Positions 43,056 to 52,931 of a DNA stretch of 64,000 nt are shown here, piece after piece. This DNA comes from Minisyncoccota bacterium (GTDB taxonomy: Bacteria; Patescibacteriota; Minisyncoccia; Phycocordibacterales; 21-14-all-36-13): positions 14,779 through 78,778 of the forward strand of contig JBAZZJ010000001.1 of NCBI GenBank assembly GCA_041658885.1, given 5' to 3'. The first letter of the stretch is position 1. Every line of letters starts with the position of its first letter. The notes under the pieces are model-generated. The model was not told the origin of the DNA. It was given only the letters and a program-made list of their open reading frames with translations, and made no database searches. Made by a program: the position numbers and the translations under genes.

Positions 43056-45563
43056 ATGAAAAAGTACGACCATTCCAAAATAGAGAGTAAGTGGCCCCGA
43101 AAGAAACTTTCTGTGTCTAAAGACACAGGTTTCTTACGGGGTAAACAGAAAAACTATGATCACAAAAAGATAGAGAGTAAATGGTCTAAGGTGTGGGAAG
43201 AAGGTAAAATCTACAATACAAAAGAAGACAAAAATAAACAGAAATTTTATGTCCTAATCGAATTCCCATATGCCTCAGGAGAAGGATTACATGTAGGGCA
43301 CGTGAGAAGTTATACTGCGCTTGATATTGTTGCGCGAAAAAAGAGAATGGAGGGATTTAATGTTTTATATCCAATAGGGTGGGATGCTTTTGGTTTGCCA
43401 ACAGAAAATTATGCGATTAAAACTGGAATAAATCCAAAAATAATAACTAAAAAAAATACTGACAATTTTAGAAAGCAATTAAAGGCACTTGGCTTTTCTT
43501 TTGATTGGTCTCGCGAAATTAATACATCATCTCCCGAATATTACAAATGGACCCAATGGATTTTTTTACAATTTTTTAAACATGGGCTTGCATACAAAAA
43601 AAGAATGCCAATCAATTGGTGTTTGAGTTGTAAAATTGGTCTAGCAAATGAAGAAGTTGTTAATAGTGTGTGTGAAAGATGTGGAGGACAGGTTGAGAAA
43701 AGAGAAAAGGAACAATGGATGTTAGCAATAACAAAATATGCCGACAGACTTTATGATGATTTGGACAAAACGGAATTTTTGGAAAAAATAAAAATTCAAC
43801 AGAGAAATTGGATAGGCAAGAGTCACGGAACAGAAATAGATTTTAAAATAGAAAACTCGGATAAGATAATTTCTGTTTTTACAACTCGTGTAGATACAAT
43901 TTTTTCAGGGACATTTCTTGTGATAGCACCAGAACATGATTTGGTAGAAAAAATTACAAAAGAAGAATACAGAGAAAAAGTATTTGAATATAGAAAAAAT
44001 GCATCAAAAATTTCACAAATAGATAGAATGTCAGAAGAAAGAGAAAAAACGGGTGTCTTTACTGGTTCATATGCGATAAATCCAGCAACTGATGAAAAAA
44101 TGCCAATATGGATTGCAGATTTTGTTTTAGTTGACTACGGAACGGGTGTCGTTTTTGCTGATGCTCATGATGAAAGAGATTTTGAAATGGCTAAAAAGTT
44201 CGGTATACCATTAAAAGTTTCTTTAAGACCTAATGACGATAAATTATGGGAAGAAGTAAAAAATTTAAGAAAATGTTTTACAGAAGAAGGAACTCTTATA
44301 AATTCTGCCCAATTTGATGGAATGTCTTCAGCAGAAGCTCGTCCAAAAATTACGGAATGGTTAGGGGGAAAAGGTGTAGCTCGTTTTAAAACAACCTATA
44401 AATTACGCGATTGGATTTTTTCAAGACAAAGATATTGGGGAGAACCTATTCCACTTGTTTTCTGTGAAAAATGTGCTTGGGTTCCTATTCCAGAAGACCA
44501 ACTTCCTGTTGAGCTTCCAGATGTTAAAAAATATGAACCGACTGATTCTGGAGAATCACCACTTGCCTCGCTTGAAAAATGGGTAAATGTTAAATGTCCA
44601 AAATGTGGTGGTTCAGCAAAAAGAGAGACAGACACAATGCCGAATTGGGCTGGCTCCTCTTGGTATTGGTTAAGATACACCGACCCCAAAAATGATAAGG
44701 TTTTTGCAGATAAAAAGAAATTGAAATATTGGACTCCAGTAGATTGGTATAACGGAGGAATGGAACACACGACTCTTCATTTACTTTACTCTCGTTTTTG
44801 GCATAAGTTTTTATTTGATATTGGTTTGGTTCCAACTGACGAGCCTTATGTAAAAAGAACATCACATGGAATGATTCTTGGCGATGGAGGAGAGAAGATG
44901 TCAAAGTCCAGAGGAAATGTAATTAATCCCGATGACATAATTGAAAGATTTGGAGCAGATTCGTTTAGATTGTATGAAATGTTTTTAGGTCCATTTGATC
45001 AACAAACAAGTTGGAATTCTGACGGAGTTGTCGGAACGAGAAGATTTATTGAAAAAGTTTGGGGATTATCTGAAAAAATAAATGAAAAAGGTGATGCTAA
45101 CAAAGAAATAGATAATTTTTTAAACAAGACAATTAAAAAAGTTGGTGAAGATATTGAAAATATTAAATTTAATACGGCAGTGAGCTCTATGATGATGTTT
45201 TTAAATTTTGTTTATGATAAAAATACAATTTCAAAAGATTCTTATAAAAAGTTTTTGAAAATTCTTTCGCCTTTTGCTCCGCATATTACGGAAGAGCTTT
45301 GGCAAGAAATTGGAGAAAAAAAATCTGTTCATTTTGAAGCATGGCCTTCTATTGGAGAAATATTTGAAGATGAAAATGTAAACATAATAGTTCAAATCAA
45401 TGGGAAAATGAGAGCCTCTTTTGAAATTAAAAATTTTTCAACAGAAGAAGAGATAAAAGAAAAAGCAGTCTCTCTTGAATCTGTATCAAAATGGATTAAC
45501 GGGGAAAAAATCAAAAAAATCATATATATAAAGGGGAAATTAGTTAACATTGTAACCATTTGA
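43056..45563 (+). CDS. leuS: Leucine--tRNA ligase (N-terminus carries an in-frame hairpin plus a duplicated motif)
   Basis: HVGH (HIGH) and KMSKS motifs, CP1 editing domain, 835 aa. Confidence 0.9.
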   Translation: MKKYDHSKIESKWPRKKLSVSKDTGFLRGKQKNYDHKKIESKWSKVWEEGKIYNTKEDKNKQKFYVLIEFPYASGEGLHVGHVRSYTALDIVARKKRMEGFNVLYPIGWDAFGLPTENYAIKTGINPKIITKKNTDNFRKQLKALGFSFDWSREINTSSPEYYKWTQWIFLQFFKHGLAYKKRMPINWCLSCKIGLANEEVVNSVCERCGGQVEKREKEQWMLAITKYADRLYDDLDKTEFLEKIKIQQRNWIGKSHGTEIDFKIENSDKIISVFTTRVDTIFSGTFLVIAPEHDLVEKITKEEYREKVFEYRKNASKISQIDRMSEEREKTGVFTGSYAINPATDEKMPIWIADFVLVDYGTGVVFADAHDERDFEMAKKFGIPLKVSLRPNDDKLWEEVKNLRKCFTEEGTLINSAQFDGMSSAEARPKITEWLGGKGVARFKTTYKLRDWIFSRQRYWGEPIPLVFCEKCAWVPIPEDQLPVELPDVKKYEPTDSGESPLASLEKWVNVKCPKCGGSAKRETDTMPNWAGSSWYWLRYTDPKNDKVFADKKKLKYWTPVDWYNGGMEHTTLHLLYSRFWHKFLFDIGLVPTDEPYVKRTSHGMILGDGGEKMSKSRGNVINPDDIIERFGADSFRLYEMFLGPFDQQTSWNSDGVVGTRRFIEKVWGLSEKINEKGDANKEIDNFLNKTIKKVGEDIENIKFNTAVSSMMMFLNFVYDKNTISKDSYKKFLKILSPFAPHITEELWQEIGEKKSVHFEAWPSIGEIFEDENVNIIVQINGKMRASFEIKNFSTEEEIKEKAVSLESVSKWINGEKIKKIIYIKGKLVNIVTI
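43095..43146 (+). repeat. Hairpin element CCCCGAAAGAAAC...GTTTCTTACGGGG-TAAAC inside the leuS coding sequence
   Basis: 12/13 outer stem, inner CTGTGTCT-AAA-GACACAG; ends in the GGGGTAAAC tail shared with family B. Confidence 0.75.
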
Positions 45564-45706
45564 CAATAGGTTTAAAAAGGTGTATTATAATAATATAAAT
45601 ATCCAATAGGTTATATATACCCATTGCTTATTTTTTGACAGCATGGTATTTTTATGATATCCTTGAAAATAAGGATAAATTAGGAGATAAATAAAATTTA
45701 TAGTTT

Positions 45707-46738
45707 ATGAATACATTACAAACAAAACCAAAACAAGTTACAAAAAAACTTATAGAAATATTGCCGGAAAGAGCTTATACGGTGGTTGTTAGTCGTTACG
45801 GACTTGGATCTGATCCAAAGAAAATGACCCTTGAATCAATCGGTCAGAATTATGGGATCACAAGAGAGAGAGTAAGACAGATAGAAAATTATGCTATAGA
45901 TAAAATTAAACAGTCTGGTTTGATGACAAAGGAAAGGAAAATATTTGATGAACTTTTGTCCTCAATAGATTCTCTTGGTGGGATAGTTCAAGAAGATCAA
46001 CTTTTTAATCGTCTTTCAACAAAGGAAGATGAAAAAAACCATATACATCTTTTGCTTGTTTTGGGTGATGAATTCACTAAAGAAAAAGAAGACGACAGAT
46101 TCAATCCAAGATGGTATATAGACAAATATCTTGCTGATAAAGTTCACACGGCTCTATTAAAACTTCATGATGAAATTTCTGAAAATGATTTAATTTCTGA
46201 AGATGAAATTTTAAGAAAGTTTTCAAAACTTATTGTAGACGCACCAAAGAAACACGTTTCTGACAGAGAAATATTAAAAGGTTGGTTGCTACTTTCAAAG
46301 AAAATAGGAAGCAATTCTCTCGGAGAATGGGGACTTTCCTCATCTTCAAGTATTAATGCTAAGGGAATGAGAGATTATGCTTATTTAATAATTAGACAAC
46401 ACGGCTCACCAATGCACTTTGTAGAAGTTACAAAGAAAATAGAAGAGGTGTTTGGTAAAAAGGCACACATAGCTACATGCCACAATGAATTGATAAAAGA
46501 TCCAAGATTTGTTTTAGTTGGCAGAGGATTATATGCACTTAAAGAATGGGGGTATATGGTTGGAGTTGTAAAAGACGTTGTAAAGCAAATTTTGAAACAA
46601 AATGGACCAATGACGAAAGAGGAGATTATAAAAGCTGTTTTGAAAGAAAGATATGTTAAAGACAACACAATACTTGTAAACTTACAGGATTCAAAAACAT
46701 TTAAGAAAACAAAAGACGGGAAATATGCGTTGATTTAA
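45707..46738 (+). CDS. Sigma-70 region-4-like HTH protein with a C-terminal HARE-HTH-like domain
   Basis: TLESIGQNYGITRERVRQIENYAIDKIK (region 4.2-like); C-terminal HFVEV...HIATCHNELIKDPRFVLVGRGLYALKEW. Confidence 0.6.
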   Translation: MNTLQTKPKQVTKKLIEILPERAYTVVVSRYGLGSDPKKMTLESIGQNYGITRERVRQIENYAIDKIKQSGLMTKERKIFDELLSSIDSLGGIVQEDQLFNRLSTKEDEKNHIHLLLVLGDEFTKEKEDDRFNPRWYIDKYLADKVHTALLKLHDEISENDLISEDEILRKFSKLIVDAPKKHVSDREILKGWLLLSKKIGSNSLGEWGLSSSSSINAKGMRDYAYLIIRQHGSPMHFVEVTKKIEEVFGKKAHIATCHNELIKDPRFVLVGRGLYALKEWGYMVGVVKDVVKQILKQNGPMTKEEIIKAVLKERYVKDNTILVNLQDSKTFKKTKDGKYALI

Positions 46739-46765
46739 TATCTCAAATCTAATATCTAAAATCTT
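46738..46765 (+). repeat. Permuted copy of the ATCTCAAATCTAA(T/A)ATCTAAAATCT short repeat
   Basis: Similarity to 32163-32193, directly after a stop codon. Confidence 0.5.
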
Positions 46766-46862
46766 AAAACAATAAATAAAATTTCAAGAAATACTCTTGA
46801 AATTTTATTTTTGTATACACAACAATCTATCACAACATGTTTTTTTGTTGTATCATATTACT

Positions 46863-48083
46863 ATGATATCTTTTGCAATAGAGCAAATTTTTTCACGACT
46901 TTTCCCAGAAGCTATAAATATTTTAATAGTAACATCTCCACTTTGGGGTTTATTTTTCCTTATAAAAATTTTTTATACACTCTGGTTAACTTATGTGAGA
47001 ACGATGTTTCTTTCTCAACAAGAATATAGATTGTTAGAGATAGAGTTACCAAAAGAACAATATAAATCTCCGTTGGCGATGGAATTGGTATTAAATACAC
47101 TAAACCAAACCGGTGGAGATGGAAATTTAATTGACAAATATTTAAAGGGCAAGGTTAGACCATGGTTTTCTTTGGAATTAGTTTCAATAGAAGGTAATGT
47201 TCACTTTTTTATATGGAGTAGAAAAAATTTTATAGATTTAATTGAATCACAAATATATTCTCAATATCCTAGTTCAAGAATTGTAGAAGTTGAAGATTAT
47301 ACAAATTTTTTAAGATATAGTAAACACACATTTTCTCTCTGGGGATGTGAATTTAAATTAACAAAAGCTGACCCATATCCAATAAAGACATACGTTGATT
47401 ATGGTTTAGACAAAGACCCAAAGGAGGAACAAAAAATTGACCCAATAACTCCGACAATAGAATTTCTAGGTTCGATTGGTCCAAAAGAATATATATGGAT
47501 TCAAATATTAATAAGGGCAAACAAAAAAGAAAAAAACAAAAAAGGGGCGTGGTTTAAAAAAACAGATTGGAGAGAAGAAGGAGAAGAATTAATAAATAAA
47601 TTAATGAAAAGAGATACGGAAAAAATTTCCGAGGAGCACGCTAATTTGAATAAAGAGGAACAAGATATAATTTCTGCAATACAACACGGATTATCAAAAC
47701 CAGGATTTGATTGTGGTATAAGAGGAATTTATTTAGCGGAATCTGATAAATTTAGGTCAATAAATATAACCGGCTTAACTGGAACATTTAAACAATATGG
47801 CTCCGCCTCATTGAATGGTTTTGCTCCAACAGGAGGTCTTACTATTTTTGATTATCCATGGCAGGATTTTAGACAAATAAGACAAAATAAAGTTAGAAGA
47901 GAACTTTTTGATGCTTACAAGAGAAGGTCTTATTTTCACTCGCCATATAAGAAAGAAGCTTTTGTTTTAAGTTCAGAAGAATTAGCAACAATATTTCACT
48001 TTCCTGGAAGTGTTGTACAAACACCAACATTTAAGAGGATAGAATCAAATAGAGCGGAACCGCCATCTAATTTACCTGTTTAA
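46863..48083 (+). CDS. Conserved-hypothetical-type protein with an N-terminal TM anchor
   Basis: ATG at 46863 preferred over the TTG at 46797; no motif recognised. Confidence 0.5.
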   Translation: MISFAIEQIFSRLFPEAINILIVTSPLWGLFFLIKIFYTLWLTYVRTMFLSQQEYRLLEIELPKEQYKSPLAMELVLNTLNQTGGDGNLIDKYLKGKVRPWFSLELVSIEGNVHFFIWSRKNFIDLIESQIYSQYPSSRIVEVEDYTNFLRYSKHTFSLWGCEFKLTKADPYPIKTYVDYGLDKDPKEEQKIDPITPTIEFLGSIGPKEYIWIQILIRANKKEKNKKGAWFKKTDWREEGEELINKLMKRDTEKISEEHANLNKEEQDIISAIQHGLSKPGFDCGIRGIYLAESDKFRSINITGLTGTFKQYGSASLNGFAPTGGLTIFDYPWQDFRQIRQNKVRRELFDAYKRRSYFHSPYKKEAFVLSSEELATIFHFPGSVVQTPTFKRIESNRAEPPSNLPV

Positions 48084-48085
48084 TT

Positions 48086-49141
48086 ATGGAAGAAAAAGAA
48101 AATTTTATAAAAAACCCATTAGACAAATTTCACCCTGTTAAATCCTGCAAAGCAGGAATTTTGTCTATAACAAAATTATTTAACGGGGCAAGCAAAAAGG
48201 ATTACGAAATTATAAGCACAATTGCAAGTGTGATTTTACTTCTTTGTGCTTTTTATTTTTTCTTTTTCTCAGCGCCATTTAATTTCCCGGTCGGGTCAGT
48301 TATTCGTATAGATAGAGGGTTGTCTTTAGATGAAATATCAAAACTTTTATATAAAGAAAATGTCATAAAATCACCTTTCTGGTTTAAGGCCATTATCACC
48401 GTTATTGACGGACAAGGCGGGGCAGATGCAGGAGATTATTTTTTTAGTAAAAAAAGAGGTTTAATAAATGTATCAACAAGAATATCAAATAGTGAATATG
48501 GTTTGATACCAATATCAATAACAATTCCAGAGGGAGCTACAAGTTTTGAGATATCTGAAATTTTAAGAAAAAATATTAGCAACTTTGATTCGGAAAAGTT
48601 TTTAAAAATAGCAGTTCCTCTTGAAGGATATCTTTTTCCTGATACATACTTTTTTTTACCAAACATAACCCCTGAAAATGTTATAGAGACAATAAAAAAT
48701 AATTTTGTTAAAAAAATCTCAACTATATATGGTGAAATAGAAAAATTTGATAAACCACTTGAAGACATAATAATAATGGCTTCAATAATTGAAGAAGAAG
48801 CTAGAAATTTTGAGACCAGAAAAATTGTTTCTGGGATTTTATGGGAGAGAATAAAAATAGACATGCCACTTCAAGTAGATGCAGTCTTCCCATATATAAT
48901 TGGTAAAAATACATACGAGCTGACTTTAAATGATTTATCTCATGATTCTCCATACAATACATATAAATATAAAGGGCTTCCATTTGGTCCTATATCGAAT
49001 CCAGGTCTTGATTCTATAAAAGCAACCATAAGTCCAACGAAGACAAATTATCTTTATTATCTATCTGATAGGGGTGGAAACATGCACTACGCTAAGACCT
49101 TTTCTGAACATAAAATAAACAAATTAAAATACATAAATTAA
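48086..49141 (+). CDS. mltG: Endolytic murein transglycosylase MltG (YceG-like), family B element in the N-terminal tail
   Basis: ASIIEEEA, LQVDAV and YNTYKYKGLPFGPISNPG motifs. Confidence 0.85.
   Translation: MEEKENFIKNPLDKFHPVKSCKAGILSITKLFNGASKKDYEIISTIASVILLLCAFYFFFFSAPFNFPVGSVIRIDRGLSLDEISKLLYKENVIKSPFWFKAIITVIDGQGGADAGDYFFSKKRGLINVSTRISNSEYGLIPISITIPEGATSFEISEILRKNISNFDSEKFLKIAVPLEGYLFPDTYFFLPNITPENVIETIKNNFVKKISTIYGEIEKFDKPLEDIIIMASIIEEEARNFETRKIVSGILWERIKIDMPLQVDAVFPYIIGKNTYELTLNDLSHDSPYNTYKYKGLPFGPISNPGLDSIKATISPTKTNYLYYLSDRGGNMHYAKTFSEHKINKLKYIN
48128..48188 (+). repeat. Family B three-stem element in frame in the mltG 5' coding region
   Basis: TTTCACCCTGTTAAAT / ATTTAACGGGG arms; CCTGC-AAA-GCAGG; AATTTTGT-CTATA-ACAAAATT; translated as HPVKSCKAGILSITKLFNG. 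Confidence 0.8.
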
Positions 49142-49144
49142 TTC

Positions 49145-49248
49145 ATCCCCCACTTTTTATATTTTATTCTTATAATGGCATCCTATTTATCACTCTTAAA
49201 TCTGATTTTAATGATTATTTATAGATATTTTTTGCAAAAGTGGGGGAT
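49145..49248 (+). repeat. 104-nt hairpin element, arms ATCCCCCACTTTT / AAAAGTGGGGGAT
   Basis: 13/13 inverted repeat 49145-49157 / 49236-49248, starting 4 nt after the mltG stop. Confidence 0.8.
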
Positions 49249-49285
49249 AAAAAACCCTTGAAAAATAGGGTCTTTTTTGATATAA

Positions 49286-49347
49286 TTTACCCTGTTAAAT
49301 AATTTGTTGAAGACAAATTCCTGCGAAGCAGGATTTAACAGGGTAAA
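49286..49347 (-). repeat. Family B element, opposite orientation, perfect 15-bp outer stem
   Basis: TTTACCCTGTTAAAT / ATTTAACAGGGTAAA 15/15; AATTTGT-TGAAG-ACAAATT; CCTGC-GAA-GCAGG; overlaps TATAAT 49281-49286. Confidence 0.85.
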
Positions 49348-49382
49348 CCCCTAACTCTTGTTTTTTTGTTTTCTTGAATACA

Positions 49383-50012
49383 ATGATTATTACATATCAA
49401 GGTTTAGAATTTTTTAAAATACAATTTGGCGACATAGTCGTTGCCTTTAACCCTCCTTCAAAAGAATCAAAATTAAAGTCGTCCAGATTTGGAGCAGATA
49501 TAGTTTTAATTTCCTTAAAACACGAAGACTTCAATGGTTCCGATACTTTGTCCTATGGTGATAAGATGCCTTTTGTAATTAGTGGGCCTGGGGAATATGA
49601 AATAAAAAATATTTTTATAAAAGGATTTTCCTCCGCATCTTCTTACAAAGATAAAAAAATTAATACTATTTATTTTTTAAAACTTGAGTCAATGAATATT
49701 TGTTTTCTTGGAGCTCTTGGTTCGGCTGACTTGTCTCAGGAAATAAAAGAAAACATGGATGATATAGATGTATTATTTGTTCCTATAGGAAACAAAGAAG
49801 TTTTGGACCCAACGGATGCATATAAACTTGCAGTAAAACTTCGACCCAAAATAATAATCCCAATGCATTATACAGACGATAAAGACTCTTGTTTAAAAAC
49901 ATTTCTTAGTGAAGAAGGAATAAAAAACTTTGAGCCATTAGAAAAACTCACATTAAAACAAAAAGATCTGGTGAACAAAGACGGCGAAATAATTGTCTTA
50001 TCACAAAAATGA
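49383..50012 (+). CDS. MBL-fold (metallo-beta-lactamase-like) hydrolase
   Basis: ~210 aa; layout resembles UPF0173/UlaG-like MBL proteins; weak call. Confidence 0.45.
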   Translation: MIITYQGLEFFKIQFGDIVVAFNPPSKESKLKSSRFGADIVLISLKHEDFNGSDTLSYGDKMPFVISGPGEYEIKNIFIKGFSSASSYKDKKINTIYFLKLESMNICFLGALGSADLSQEIKENMDDIDVLFVPIGNKEVLDPTDAYKLAVKLRPKIIIPMHYTDDKDSCLKTFLSEEGIKNFEPLEKLTLKQKDLVNKDGEIIVLSQK

Positions 50013-50013
50013 T

Positions 50014-50283
50014 ATGATTTTGAAAGGTATAAAAAAACTTCAGCAAAAATCACCACAGACTAGGAAAAAAACGTCCTTTTTTATTTCTTTAGTTGTGACA
50101 GTTTTAATTTTTCTTGTTTGGTTATCGGTTTTTAATTTGGGTTCGGGAAAGAAGATTGTTGCGGAAGAAAGCAAAAAAAATAATAGTGAACAAAATTTAG
50201 CAACGCCATTTTCAAAAATAAAGGGCGACCTTGATAAAATTTTTGAGAGTGTACCAGAGAAAATAAACGAATTAAAAAATTAA
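50014..50283 (+). CDS. Small N-terminally anchored protein
   Basis: ATG at 50014, 1 nt after the upstream stop; one TM segment. Confidence 0.4.
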   Translation: MILKGIKKLQQKSPQTRKKTSFFISLVVTVLIFLVWLSVFNLGSGKKIVAEESKKNNSEQNLATPFSKIKGDLDKIFESVPEKINELKN

Positions 50284-50341
50284 CCCCGTGGAACATGGTG
50301 CTTTAGCATCATAAAATCCAAAAGATTTTTATTCCACAGGG
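50284..50341 (+). repeat. 58-nt three-stem element immediately 5' of gyrA (homolog of 42991-43045)
   Basis: CCCCGTGGAA/TTCCACAGGG outer stem, ATGGTGC-TTT-AGCATCAT (G-U), AAAATC-CAAAA-GATTTT; ends 8 nt before the ATG. Confidence 0.75.
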
Positions 50342-50349
50342 TAAAACTT

Positions 50350-52806
50350 ATGGCAAAAGAAAAACCAGAAAAAAGCATACCAATAGATAAAAATATAATA
50401 AATCAGGATATAACTTCTGAAATGAAAACTTCGTATTTGGATTATGCAATGTCTGTTATAACCAGTAGGGCATTACCAGATGTAAGAGACGGTCTAAAAC
50501 CCGTCCACAGAAGAATTTTGTATGCTATGCAAGATATGGGTTTAACCTCAAGTGCTAAGACGAGAAAGTCCGCGGCAATAATAGGAGAAGTTTTAGGAAA
50601 ATATCACCCACATGGAGATGCCTCGGTATATGAAGCAATGGTAAAACTTGCACAAGATTTTTCAATGAGATATCCACTTGTAATAGGACAAGGGAACTTT
50701 GGAAGCATAGACGGAGATCCTGCGGCAGCTCAAAGATACACAGAAGCTAAAATGAGTAAATTAGCTGGAGAGATGATAAAAGATTTGGAAAAGGAAACCG
50801 TTGACTTCAAACCAAACTACGAAAATACAAGAAAGGAACCAACAATACTTCCTTCAGCGATACCAAACTTAATTTTAAATGGAACTCTTGGAATCGCGGT
50901 TGGTATGGCTACAAATATTCCACCTCACAACATAAAAGAAATTATTGACGCGACAACACATTTAATTGACCACAAAAATGCGACAACGGAAGAATTAGCA
51001 GGATTTGTAAAAGGACCAGATTTTCCAACGGGAGGAATAATTTTTGGGAAAAACGACATACTACATGCATACGTAAATGGACGTGGCGGGATTTTAGTAA
51101 GAGGAGAGGGGGAAATAATTGAAGAAAAAGCGGGACAATCTCAAATAATAATCTCATCGCTACCATATAGAGTTAATAAAGCCGAATTGATAGAAAAAAT
51201 AGCCGATTTAGTTAAGAATAAAAAAATAGAGGGTATAAAAGGAATTAGAGACGAATCAACAAAAGATATAAGAATTGTCATTGATATAAAATCAGGGGCT
51301 CTTCCAAACAAAATTTTAAATTCAATTTACAAACATACCCAACTTGAAGACACATTTCATGTAAACATGGTTGGTCTTGTTGATGGGGTTCCACAAACTC
51401 TTTCTTTGAAAACAATCTTAGAGGAATTTATTTCTCACAGAGTAATTGTAATAAAAAGAAGAACTGAATTTGATTTAAAAAAAGCAGAGGCGAGGGAGCA
51501 TATTTTAATAGGGCTCAAAAAGGCTCTTGATCATATTGATAAAATAATAAAAATTATAAAGGCGTCAAAAGACACACAAACCGCACATATCAATTTGGTT
51601 AAAGAATTTAAATTTTCTTCTCTACAAGCAACTGCAATTCTTGAAATGAAACTTCAGAAGTTGGCTGGTCTTGAAAGGAAAAAAATTGATGATGAATTGG
51701 AGGAAAAAAGAAATCTTATAAAAGAACTAAAATCAATTCTTGCGTCCCCACAAAAAATACTCTCAATCATTAAAGATGAAATGAAAGAGATAAAAGATAA
51801 ATATGGAGACGAAAGAAAGACAAAAGTTTTTGCAAATAGAATAAAGGATATATCTGTTGAAGATATGATTCCTAATAAAGAAGAAGTTTTAGTTTATACA
51901 GCTGGTGGATATATTAAAAGAACAGATCCAACCGAATTTAAAACTCAAAAAAGAGGAGGTGTTGGTGTTGTTGATATAGACACAAAAGAGGAAGATTTTG
52001 TAACAAAATTTTTAACAGCATCTACTCACAGCGATTTGTTATTTTTTACTGACAAAGGAAAGGTTTACCAAATGAAAATGTACGATTTACCAGAGGGCAG
52101 AAGAGCAACGAGAGGAAAATCTATAATGAATTACATTTCACTTACTGAAGGAGAAAAAATAACATCTATCTTACCAATGTCCAGTGATTTTAAAAAAGAC
52201 GAAGTTTCTCTTTTGATGATTACAAAACAGGGAGTTGCAAAGAAAACTTTAGCAAAAAACTTTTCTGATGTAAGAAGAAGTGGGATAATAGCAATAAATC
52301 TTTCAAAGGACGATGAGTTGGTTTATGCTTCGTTTGTTGAAAAAGGAAATACGGCAGTTGTTGTTACAAAAAAAGGTCAATCTATACATTTTAAAGAATC
52401 TGACATAAGACCAATGGGAAGAACCGCCACGGGCGTTCGTGCTATAAAATTAGGAAAAGGGGACGAGGTTGTCGGGATAGACATCACTTCAAAAGAATCA
52501 AAGGACCTTGAATTGCTTGTAATAATGAAAAATGGATATGGTAAGAAGACACCTCTTAAAGAATATAAAGTACAAAAAAGAGGTGGAAGTGGAATAAAAA
52601 CGGCAAAAATAACACCAAAAACAGGTGAATTGATGGCCTCAAAGCTTGTTTCCGACGAAGAAAAAGAGATTATTTCAATGTCAAAAAAAGGGCAGGTCAT
52701 AAGGATAGAAATTGAAGAAATACCGACTCTTGGAAGACAAACTCAAGGGGTTAGAATAATGAAATTGAGAGAGGGAGATAGTATTGTTTCTTTAATTTGT
52801 TTGTAA
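50350..52806 (+). CDS. gyrA: DNA gyrase subunit A
   Basis: [26 protein letters not shown] and YHPHGD motifs; C-terminal beta-pinwheel repeats. Confidence 0.95.
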   Translation: MAKEKPEKSIPIDKNIINQDITSEMKTSYLDYAMSVITSRALPDVRDGLKPVHRRILYAMQDMGLTSSAKTRKSAAIIGEVLGKYHPHGDASVYEAMVKLAQDFSMRYPLVIGQGNFGSIDGDPAAAQRYTEAKMSKLAGEMIKDLEKETVDFKPNYENTRKEPTILPSAIPNLILNGTLGIAVGMATNIPPHNIKEIIDATTHLIDHKNATTEELAGFVKGPDFPTGGIIFGKNDILHAYVNGRGGILVRGEGEIIEEKAGQSQIIISSLPYRVNKAELIEKIADLVKNKKIEGIKGIRDESTKDIRIVIDIKSGALPNKILNSIYKHTQLEDTFHVNMVGLVDGVPQTLSLKTILEEFISHRVIVIKRRTEFDLKKAEAREHILIGLKKALDHIDKIIKIIKASKDTQTAHINLVKEFKFSSLQATAILEMKLQKLAGLERKKIDDELEEKRNLIKELKSILASPQKILSIIKDEMKEIKDKYGDERKTKVFANRIKDISVEDMIPNKEEVLVYTAGGYIKRTDPTEFKTQKRGGVGVVDIDTKEEDFVTKFLTASTHSDLLFFTDKGKVYQMKMYDLPEGRRATRGKSIMNYISLTEGEKITSILPMSSDFKKDEVSLLMITKQGVAKKTLAKNFSDVRRSGIIAINLSKDDELVYASFVEKGNTAVVVTKKGQSIHFKESDIRPMGRTATGVRAIKLGKGDEVVGIDITSKESKDLELLVIMKNGYGKKTPLKEYKVQKRGGSGIKTAKITPKTGELMASKLVSDEEKEIISMSKKGQVIRIEIEEIPTLGRQTQGVRIMKLREGDSIVSLICL

Positions 52807-52889
52807 TTTTCCCCACTTTTCAAACTATATCAGAATTTTTGTTATATAATTTAAGTTCACCCTATTAAATAATTTTAAGAATAATTTTT

Positions 52890-52922
52890 CAGATTTGAGA
52901 TATTAGATTTTAGATTTGAGAT
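52890..52922 (-). repeat. Short dispersed repeat (reverse orientation) ATCTCAAATCTAAAATCTAATATCTCAAATCTG
   Basis: Reverse complement matches 32163-32193 over 27 nt. Confidence 0.7.
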
Positions 52923-52931
52923 TAATTTAAA

